DNA of 63,871 nucleotides, the filler included. It is 13 parts of 13 records of this genome, joined end to end, with 100 filler letters (N's around TTAATTAATTAA, not from the genome) between each part and the next. Parts side by side here need not be neighbours in the genome. Positions count along the whole stretch, not along the records: positions 10,361 to 15,560 come from SRR15195285_4105; positions 15,661 to 20,320 come from SRR15195285_4109; positions 20,421 to 25,291 come from SRR15195285_4115; 10 more parts are not named here. One strand, written 5' to 3'. Made by a program: the position numbers and the translations under genes. Positions 10,361 through 20,624 of this stretch are shown piece after piece; the stretch's first letter is position 1; the number at the start of each line of letters is the position of its first letter. A model generated the notes under the pieces. The model saw only the letters and a list, made by a program, of their open reading frames with translations. It did no database searches and was not told the DNA's origin.

Positions 10361-13300
10361 CCTTTCATCCAACGTTTTGCGCTGCGCGTCACTGACAGGC
10401 GGTGGCGTCCGTGCGCGAGGCAGTGGTGTCGTCAGCATCGATTTGGGTTCGTGCTCGGGCTCGGGGATGAGATCTTGGGGTATTTTGAGCCGCACCTCAT
10501 TGGATGTGCGTGCGAGCAGCCTGCCGGTAGAGTCGACATCCAGCCACCCGTCGCCCTCCATCACCCAACGCACACCTTCATCTGTGCCTGGATTGGGGCG
10601 CAATGCCTTCCAAACCTCGCGTGGGCTTACGCTTAGCTCAAAGAGAGTCGCCCAGTATTTATCTGCCTTGTACTCAACGCGCAAACTAGCGATCGGGTCG
10701 TTCGGACAGTGATCGACGTCGCTCAGTTTGTTGAGAAATTTGAGTACAGTCCGGCTCTTCACGCGAACCGACTGGTGGTCGAGACCGAAGCTGATCAGCG
10801 CGCTCACGTCTTTCGACCCTCGGCACAGCGCCTCCTCTGGTACGAAGCAACGCCCATCGACCAGGTCATACGGCAGTGCGCGGCTTCGGATCATTGGCAG
10901 CGCTGCGAGCACGGCTTTTCTCTTGACAGTCTTGGAGAGGCCTCTCCAAAATGGGTCGTCATTGTCTCGTTTGTCGCCCACTTGCAGTCTGACACGGTCT
11001 GCTGTGAATGTCGAATCCTTCGTCGCCAGCAACCGAAAGATAAAGCCACAATCATCCTCGCGAACAATGTTGCCTTGTGGGAGCTGCACTTGCAGCGACG
11101 AAAGTGAGAGTTTGGGCGTACGCAACTCCTTGAGTTCAGCTTCGGTCAGTGGGTCCTGCCAGTACTTGTTCAGGATTCGCAGCGCCCGGTATCCAAGAAG
11201 GAGGGATATTGCGGCACCGATGCTAAGCACCAACACTCGTCCTGGCGTCCAGGTTGAGCTCGAACCGGCCGTTGGTTCCAAGCTTGTAGAGTCTTCGATA
11301 CTTGCTGATCCATCAACAATTGCCCATCCTACTTCAACTACCTGCAGATCCTCTGCCCAGAAGTAGCCTGCGATTGACGGCCAGCCAATCCACATCACCA
11401 ACACAAACGGAATGACGAATTCGCCGAGCATGCCGTGATGTTTCCAATCATGCCACTGGTAATTCTTTTTGATACAGAACACAAGAATCGCCTTGTATGG
11501 CTGCCATGCTTTCACGATCATCTTGCCCAGCAATCTGTACGCCTCCAGCGGCGAGTATATCGGGACATGGCGCCGGCAATACTGCCACTTCTGCGCGATG
11601 CTAGCGGCGACGACCGCAGTCATGAAAAAGGAAGCAACGAGTCCAGCTGGCGCAGCTGCCACAGCCTCGCCTGAGAAGCAGTCAAAGAGCGAAGTCTCTC
11701 CCAGGCGACAGTCCACGAGAACCTCCACAATGAGCGGCATGGCCGAGCAAAGAACGGTCCAGCACAGAAACACGGGCCCACCGATGACCTGCAGCACAAC
11801 GACGATCGTGTGCACCACCTCTAGCCACCATGGAGATGCCGGATTGAGGCGACCAAGCTTGTGCAACTGCAGCTCCAAGCGCTTCCGTTTCCAAAGTGGC
11901 GAGAATAGCGTTAGCAGTAGAGGGAAGAGCAGATGGATCATGAAGAGCACTGTGGAACACAAGTCGAGCAAAACTAGTGGCACGGCGGCAAGCAGGGCCA
12001 GACCCTTTAGGTGTGACCTGCGGATCGTATTGGCACCCTGCGATGTTTCCAGGAGCTTTTGGCCTTGGTTGCTTGCACCCGACTGAAGGAACCACGAAAC
12101 GTTGTGGCCACCAGCTACGCCGAGTCTGAACTGCAAGAGGAGATGAAACGGCAGCAGTAGCACTGCGAGCAGCTTGATCGGCAGCAGTAGTACATGTGGA
12201 AGGTCCATCACGGCCCTCTTCAGCCAGTCCCACGCAAGAGGCCACAAGAAGGTGGTGGTAGCTTGCGGTTGAAACGAGTAAAGTGGTTCCTTCACGGCTT
12301 TGGCATTTTGTCCAGCTTCCACGTCGCCGGCCTCCAAATGATGCACGGCCTCGGGCTCCGGCTGTGTCCCCCGAGCCGCGGTCTGGCTTGTGGTCAGAAG
12401 TCCGCCCGAACCATCGTCCCAGTAACCCATGGGGCCCCCCGTCCGGCCACCCCTGTCAATGAGGCTCCGATCGATGAGATAGGGCTTAGGTGGACCGGTG
12501 CCCGTGAAGGCAGCCTGCTCAGTTCTCAAGGAGAACAAGGACACCTCGCCCGCCGCCTTGCCAGCTCCGTGCAGCTGTTTGCCAGGACGGCTCTGCATCA
12601 GCTGCTGGGTCTCGCGAATCATGTTTGGGACATGCCAGAAGGCAAGTAAAAATGATAGGACCGCGGTGGTGAGAGCCAGTATGTCGCAGACTGCCACAAC
12701 GGAAAGCGGCAAGAGGACGCTGCCAATGCTGTCGTATAAGCACGGACACCAAGACAGACGTGGTGTCAGATCCATCCATCCGACCGACGGGACATTTCCA
12801 CGTGCCGGTGCTTTCACATTATTAGTCGCGTCAGCAACGGGCTGCCCGAACACAGCTTCCCTCGATTGAAGTAGCAATGAGCTGCGTTCATGGTCCCATG
12901 GTCGGAATGTTGGCAACTTGAGTCCGTGACGCCACAATCTGCTTCCGTGGCGCGCCAAGAAAAGTTCGTACTTGACGAGCGAACGAAGCTCATAAATCCT
13001 CCATGGTGAGCACATCAGCAGCGGTGAGAGTGCAAGCGACACCACCTCGAAGACTGAGAGCAACGCATACCGCACGATCACCCATCGCTGCCACGGAAGT
13101 ATGATGCTTCTCCACTGGCCAAAGCTCAGGAGATTCTCCAGGTCAAAGCGATTGTCCGGCCCAGGCGTGCCCGCGCGCCACAAGTACGCGGCCAGAAACG
13201 GTAGCCGCCATGGCACCACAATGCAGCATAAAAGCACGAAAGGGATGTCGCAAGCCCAGTCGAAGAAAGCCACAGCGATCCGTGTGTGCCACGTGGTCTC

Positions 13301-15560
13301 CGTGCTCTTCCATATCCTTAGAAGTGTTGGCAAACGCCAAAGGCTGGCAGCCATGAGCAGAGCCATCGCACCACAAGGGATATCCAGTAGCATCCAAAAG
13401 AAGTAGCGCACGGTGAGAGCCGTGCGTGGCCAACGATCGTACAGGATCTCTCGTTCGTTGACGTCTTTAACGAGCCCGGGCATGCGCCACAGACAGAGCA
13501 GCGCCATGACTGGGAAGGGCAGATCTAGCGCCAGCAGTACAAGCTGTTGGTAAACGAGAACGCGCCACTCGACTTGCTCGTCGCCAACGCTATCGGCAAC
13601 GGCAAGGGTCGGTCTGACAGCGTGCAGTCCTTCGCCAAAGCGCACCAGTGTCAGATTGACCAATGTGGCATTCACTTCTCTGTTATCAAACGGCACGACG
13701 ACGGTGTCAAGGGAAGTGTTGTGACCCCTGTCCTTGCTGTCTATAGGTCCTTGTCCTTGCAACATAATGGTGGAGCGGAGCATCTCAAGATGAATACGGT
13801 GCACCATGCCAGGCTTCAACAGGATAATGGCATCAGGCGGGGCGACTTTCAGCAGATCGTCTAGTGTCGGCATCCCGTGTGGCCACTCTCCTGGCACGCA
13901 GTACTCAGGACGAGATATAGAGGCCACGCGCTGAACCACTAGCTCCACAATCTCTTCGGGCAACTCGGCGCACCAGCTGTTGGCGGCAAGCCTTGGGTGC
14001 AACATTTTGGAGACAATCAGCCGGCGGTCGACTTGAGCCAGATTTACCGTCGGTATCGGTGTGCCGTCGGGGTACGCTGACGACAGGTACGTTTGCCCAC
14101 GGGCCCAAGCACCTGAGTACATGTCGTGGGCTCTCGTGGGTGCGTGCGCGAGAGTGCCAGCGTCAGGATTACGCAAAGCCTTCTGGAGCATTGCGAACCC
14201 ATCGCCCTCTTCGCGTGGTCTCGCGCGCCCATGTTCCCACCAGCATCTCAGTTCTTTGTAGGTAATTTTTGCTCGCACAGCCGTTACTATTAGCAGTAGC
14301 AGAGCTGGGATCGCCGGCAGATCCAGAGCCCACTGGTAGAATGAGGTCAGAACTACCCGGTATCGCGTACCGCGTTTAAGCTCCCAATCCTGTAAAGAAA
14401 AGCTGCTTTCGGCTTGCCGACGTAGCATTGGCAGCCTCCAGCATGTCAGCGCGATCACACACGCAGTTACAAGAATAGGCAGTTCCAGCAGGATGTCGCA
14501 CGGGACCATAAAGAAGTGGTAGAGTAGGACCTTCAGATAGCGGCACTGGCGGCGTTCGCTGGTGGTTCCTCGGCTATCGTAACTTGAGCCAACGTCAAAT
14601 AGTAGCGAGCGACGCAAAGCGTCATGACAGCTGCAGCGTGTGTCAAGCAATTTGACGCAAAGGCAGCAGGAGCAGCAGCAAAGGCATGATAGAAAAGTCA
14701 CTAGTGCGCCAAATGCAAACGGACGCGCCGAAACGGGCGTCTCGTCATCCTCCGTGACAGTGTCGTGGCTGGGTACTCCACTGCCTGAGCCATAATAGTA
14801 CCCGTACTCATAGGATGGATTGGTGCCTTCTTCTTGAATGGGATGGGAGTACCCGACCACCACCACCAGTGCTGCCGCCAAAAACCAGCTACCGAGCATG
14901 AACGCAAAGAAACCAGATTCAAGCCCATTTTTCATAGCACGCAGAGCCGATCCGCTAGGAGGGGCCGGTTTGGCAAGGTTACGCAGCCGCCGCACGTCCG
15001 CAAACGCGAGCGGAAGCCTCCAAATGAATGGAGCCAGCATCGCGCCCAGAACAATCAGCCGCAAGTCGAGCACCACCTTCAGAGCACGCTTCATAACATA
15101 CCAATTCCATCGACCATTTAGAAGTGGCCAGCCTACACCACCATGTTTGCCTTTGACGCCTCTCACGCTGAGGACACACCCCATACGCGACCAATGTTTG
15201 CCTTCCCGACCAGGTGCGTTCAGCTGTCCGGAGACCTTTTTGGCCGTCTTAGCAAGGCGATGCCACGGAGGCAACAGTAGGATCAACACTGCAGGTAGCG
15301 TGAAAGCGTCCAGGATGCAGAGCACAAGATGCTTGAAGACAATCGCCTGCCAACCTCCAGGCATTGCGAGCATCCGCCAGACAGCTCCACCGGCGTTTGG
15401 AGCAGCACGGCGTCCGTTGTTATCAGCCGTAAGGGCTTGGCGGTGTGCCACAAGAAGTTCCTTGAAGTCCAACCATAGCGCACATGCCCGATACATCGTA
15501 CAGGTCAACACGAGGCCCAGCGCAACCGTCGGGAAGTCCACAAGCACCACTAGCACGGCC
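10361..15560 (-). CDS. Large (>1700 aa) multi-pass membrane protein of unknown function with repeated D-x-P ... W-R-L-P helical-hairpin units; partial at both ends
   Basis: Uninterrupted ORF across the whole contig with many hydrophobic segments. Recurring motifs WRLPLA, WRLPML, WRMPGL, WRLPTL, WRLPFL, mostly preceded by DLP/DIP. Confidence 0.8.
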
Positions 15561-15660
15561 NNNNNNNNNNNNNNNNNNNNNNNNNNNNNNNNNNNNNNNN
15601 NNNNTTAATTAATTAANNNNNNNNNNNNNNNNNNNNNNNNNNNNNNNNNNNNNNNNNNNN

Positions 15661-15687
15661 TGTATTGAAATCCTGTGTCAATATACC
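15661..15687 (+). repeat. 27-bp imperfect palindromic site shared (inverted) with 57749-57775; candidate recombination site or element terminus
   Basis: TGTATTGAAATCCTGTGTCAATATACC versus the reverse complement of 57749-57775, TGTATTGAAATCCTGTATCAATACACC (25/27). Arms TGTATTGA/TCAATAYA flank an asymmetric core. Confidence 0.8.
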
Positions 15688-16171
15688 GGGCGGGTATCGG
15701 GCGTAAGCTTCAGAAAGGTTCTCGAGAGCCTTCTCCGTAGCTCTGGAGCTGCCGTCCCCTCTCTCTTTGAATGATTCCCGGAATCCCAGCTCTCCTCTCT
15801 CTCTCTCCTTCGCTCTCTGACGTCTGAGGACCTACCAGTACCGAGTACGCCGCCATCTGAGCCACGTCTACCGTATTCAGCCTCTCCAACGGGCAAATGT
15901 GGGTCGCTGTCACATCGAGTCACTACTGGTACAGCTCGGTACCAGGTCACTCGACGACGTTGGCTCGACGTTGACTCGAGGTGCCGGCGACCCGTCCGGT
16001 ACCTGGTACTAGAGTATCTCAACAGCGACAGCAGTGGTGGCAGTGCTCTCACCGCAGTAAGGCAGTATCGCAGTATCGCAGCATCGCAGCAGCAGCAGTG
16101 GAGCATCGCGACTGCAGTGGCAAGACGCTATCGACACGCGTGTGGCTCCCCGGGTACAGGCAGCTCAAATC

Positions 16172-19100
16172 ATGGTCGACAAGGGGAATACGGGTAGTGG
16201 TTGCTTTCGACTGACAGAGGCCGAAATCTCTTTGTCTTTGCGAGACGAGATGGAAAGCTTCCGGCGGCACTTTCCAGGGCAGAGCGACGCCACGTTTGAG
16301 GGCTGGAGAGATGACACCCGAGAATTTCTCGGGTTCTTGCCGCGCGAGCGTGGACACGCTGTCAAGGATACGCTGTGCCTCAAAGACTGCGCGGACGCGG
16401 ACGCCATCTGTGACTTCTACAAATTCAAACGTGACGTGCGAGCAATTGCTTATCCGAAAAAATTCCTTAACAGCATGTCGAAGACGATACGCTTTCTGGG
16501 CGATACGAACCAAATCGAGGAGCCGAAGTTGAAGCTGTTGAGCTCGCAAATTAAGGAGATCAAGGATGAACGGAGTCTAGGCTCTGCACGCACCTGCCGA
16601 CCCGAGCCAGAGCTCAGTTGGCCTCAACTTCGAAAAGTCCACGAAGCCCTGCGGCGCGCCTCACGCCTGAACCCTGGGGATGAACGCATCCAGCAGCATC
16701 TAGTAGCGCTGAGCTGTTTTGTTCTGAATCCGCCCTTGCGGATGAGTGATTTCCGCGAAGCTATTATTCGCACCAGAAATGACGTTGATACCAGGAAGGT
16801 GCTAGTGCGACAGGCCAGTGGCACTAGCAGGCAGTGGATATTGTACCTCAACATCCATAAGACGCTGGGCAAACGGTCGCGCGAGAAGCGAACACTCAGC
16901 CCTGAGTTGAGTGAAGTGATTAGTGGTTTTGTTGACAAGTGGCGACGACCCGGAGAGCCGCTGTTCAAGAATACCGCAGGAGAGCAATATCTCAGCGTGT
17001 CTTTCACCGGTTACGTGGCCAACCTGGGGAAGAAGCCTTGCATTCCAGGTGAGTTGCAATGTAAAACAGGAGCTAAAGACATGCGCACCGCATTTGTCAG
17101 CTGGTATTTGGACCAGGGCTACACAGACCAGGAAAATCGTGATATACAGGAGTACCTACTCCGACGAATGACTCTCTTAAGCGCTGATCAATTTTGTAGT
17201 GCTAATTGAGGTTCTTATTCAACCGAGCAGGTATATGATGCACACGGATGAAGTGGCTCGAAAGTCCTACTTCAAGGGAGCCAAGGAAAAGACGCTAGCA
17301 CGCGCGATGTCGACCTTTCGACAACAAATGGGTTGTCCACCGCAACGCCAGACAGTTAGACGGGCAAGCTGTGCCACAGTCGCTGAAATCGCTGCAAGTG
17401 CGGCCGCCATTGGTTCCACGTCAGCTCAGCAACCACTGGCACCAACTCATGAGTTAAGAACCAACTCAAGCCCAACTGGTACCGATGGCAAACCTGGTGT
17501 TAGCCGTTTTATCAGGAAGAGGAGAAAACGCAAAAAGCCTAGAGAATTACCAACGCGTGCACGCACTATGATGAACGACGACGAGGAGAGGCATTTTCTG
17601 GGCGCAATCGAGCGCTCGGTTGCTGGCAAACCAGGGAGAAGAATTGACTGGAAGAGTGTTCGGGCGCAAGTGCAGCCATATTTGCACACAAACTTTACAG
17701 AAACACAACTGAGGGAGAAATACAAAAGAATGAAGCTCGGTCTGCCGAGTTCCTCTGTATCGCCTAACTACGTCAAACTCCGGAGCGTAGTGTGTCTGAC
17801 GCATCGCAGCAGCGGAGGTGACACCGCAGCATCGCAACAGCATGTGCGAGCAGCAAGTGCGTCAACCATTTCAGACAAAGTCGAGCAGAATAGCATGGGT
17901 GTGTTCGAGTTTGACAATGATGGTGATAATGACATGACATCGGTAGAGCCGTGTGACGATGTCAGTGTGACAATTTGTGATGGTGCAGCGACAGGCACGG
18001 ACGTGACGAGCCTAATCAAAGGTTGTTGTCCAGCTGAGTCGTTGGAGAGGCAGCTGTTGGCAGTGCAGCAAAGTGCAGCACAACGTGCGGCTGAACTAGC
18101 CATGAGAGTTTTTCTCATGAGTGATGAGAATGATGACGTCACACAGGGCATGGACGTGAGCTCTTCACTTGAAGAAAGAGATGACGATGGCTGCCACGAC
18201 CATGATGCTGCCGATGAAATTGCGATCACATCCACCAAACAGGAGATCGGCAATTTTGGAGTGACAGTTTGCGACGATATAGGTAAGGAGGACTCGGAAG
18301 AGCTGGACCGGGTGCGTAGGCAACCAGCCCGTGAAGTGGCGGCCCAGACAAAGGCTCTAGAGGTGATGGCAGTGCAGAAAAGTGCAGCACAACGTGTGGC
18401 TGAACTTGAGGAGGTCAAGTTAGAGAAGCTCACACAAAATGCTATGGACGTGTTCGAGTTTGATGATGAACTCGATGGCAGTAAGAGTTGCGACGTCGAT
18501 GGCATTGCTGTCATCAAGCCTGCATGTCGAACCGAGGGTCTGCCAGTAGACGCAACAACTCCAGAGACTGACTTATCTAGGCAGTCACGATGCTTCGGAG
18601 CGGACAGAAGCTCGAGGAAGCTTCTCAACTCAGCCGTGCCACGCGCAGGTACGAAAGTGAAGGCGTCCTTCACCACAGGTTCTAGCGAAGGAACTGTGAC
18701 CTACCGAGAAGGTTCCAAGGTTTGGGTTTCCTATCCAGAAATGGTTGATCGTCCATCGATTGGATACCCGGCTAAATGGTTTCACAGGAACTTGCAGGTG
18801 CTGGTGAAACCGGGCGATCCAAAGAGATACAGACTTCCCCCAGCACTGCTGCGACGTGCTGCTGTGTCTGGTGGGTTGTTGGAGACTGGAATTACAACCG
18901 GCGCTTACGATGCGACCGTCTGGCACGAACCCATAGACTGGGCTGGTGACAAGTCAGAAGTAGAGGCTGTCCTTGGTGAGCCGGTAGTCAAAATGCGACG
19001 CTCCTCCCCAAATCTTGCCTCGTCATTTGAAGCCAGGACAACATCGTTGCCTTCCACCCCGCACAAGCGACGCAAATCAGAGGCTTCTGTGAGTCATGAG

Positions 19101-19628
19101 ACTGATCTCTGTGCCCTAGATTTGGAAAGGGCGGAAGACTATGCGCAAGAAGCTGTTGCCACTGCATGTACTGGCAAGTCCGAGTACGAAATGGAGCGTG
19201 AGCGCAGGATCCAGCGAAATTTGGAGATGCAGAGATTGCTTGGTCTGCACGACGCTAAAATTAGCTTGGACAATGCGTGCCGGCACAAGAGTGATGCTTC
19301 TGCAGGTAAACGCATAATGCAGAATCGTAATTGTCGCACTACCACCAGGAGAAAGGTGGACACACGGGAAAGGCACTCCCTTCGGCAAGCCCGCGCACAT
19401 CCACTTCATGAATCTGACGACGCACGACATGCTCACCAGCGGGTTCAGCACCAAACAAGACGTCGACAGTACACTCGTTGGACGCATGACGAAGTTCGTG
19501 CGCTCAAAGAAGGAGTAAAGATATTTGGAAGAGGAAAATGGCAGAAAATCCTTGGTTGGGGAGGGATCGAATTCCATAACCGCAGTGCGGTTGACCTCAA
19601 AGACAAGTGGCGCACGTTGAACCGATAG
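16172..19628 (+). CDS. Tyrosine recombinase fused to Myb/SANT, Tudor-like and C-terminal telobox-type Myb domains (~1125 aa); exons 16172-17151, 17231-19628
   Basis: YR motifs NPPLRMSD (R), NIHKT (K), AKDMR (HxxR position), then across a 79-nt GT-AG intron (17152-17230, branch GCTAAT) YMMH..KSY (H, Y). Myb IDWKSV..TETQLREKYKRM. C-terminal WTHDEVRALKEGVKIFGRGKW..RSAVDLKDKWRTL. Start codon uncertain. Confidence 0.82.
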
Positions 19629-20624
19629 GTCTGCAAACAGTTGACCAGGAAAAAGTGACTAGATCGTGGTGTGTGTGCCCTCCACCCTCAGTGCGCCGGG
19701 ACTCACCTAGCTGGTGCTGGTGGTACACCCCTTTGAGTGGCGGGTGGCATTGTGTGAATTCAGGTGGCATGTGTGAGGTCGAGCTGTAATTATCTCAACA
19801 TCTGGCGACCAATGAAAGGCACGTCCCTTCTTACCCTTTTGTCTATACTTATTTTTTGTGGTCTCATTGGTGAAATATATGAACTGACACGCGACGTGCA
19901 TCCTGGCTCTTGTACTTTGTGAGTGGATGCGAAAGATTTCGATATTATGAGACAGTGGATCAGAGTTGCCCAGCAAACGGCGACAGAAAATGCACCTTAA
20001 ACTTTAGAATTCACTCTTGCAGATTTATAAATCATTTTGATCGTCCTCTCCTTCTTTTTATGCGCGCACTACGGTCGGCCGCCGCGCCACTGCCGCCGTG
20101 CGTGCGTACGAGAGTTGTTAGCCAATTTGGGTGTTTTCACTACCGGCCGCTATCCACCGGGCTGACAATATTTACCGGGCACTTAGACGTTAGTGTCAGC
20201 CCGGTCACGCGGCCCAAAAACTCACGTACAAGCATCTTGTGCTCTCGGAGCAGCTAATGTTAAGACAGGATTAGCCTAGTTAGAGTGAATCGTATACGAT
20301 TCATGCGATTCGTAGATCGCNNNNNNNNNNNNNNNNNNNNNNNNNNNNNNNNNNNNNNNNNNNNTTAATTAATTAANNNNNNNNNNNNNNNNNNNNNNNN
20401 NNNNNNNNNNNNNNNNNNNNAAACACACGAGCCAGCGCAACACGCGCTACTGGCGCACGCTGCTACATACGTGAGTTTCGGAAACTCAGTGTGTAGGCAC
20501 TGGGCCACGGCCCACCACATGGCCAATGTGGGGCAGAGGGCTGGGGTGGTGCCACATGCAAGGCCTATTCAGGCGACCTGCATGGTTGTGATTCAAGAAA
20601 CGGAGCAAGGAAGCACATAAGCGT

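Larger units (their letters stand above)
15661..20320 (+). mobile_element. Candidate tyrosine-recombinase DNA transposon (Crypton-like), or domesticated derivative
   Basis: The whole contig carries one YR gene, starts exactly at the shared palindromic site and ends in a perfect 18-bp palindrome (20286-20303). The boundaries are inferred. Confidence 0.45.

Noticed and set aside
17768-18676. Long antisense ORFs (e.g. 302 aa here; also 24102-25151, 53794-54657, 61803-62759)
   Set aside because: Shadow frames of GC-rich or low-complexity coding sequence on the opposite strand, with no motifs.
15661-20320. Polinton-like virus or virophage genome fragment
   Set aside because: No capsid, packaging ATPase, primase/polymerase or protease is seen, and the single gene has a spliceosomal intron and host-like composition.
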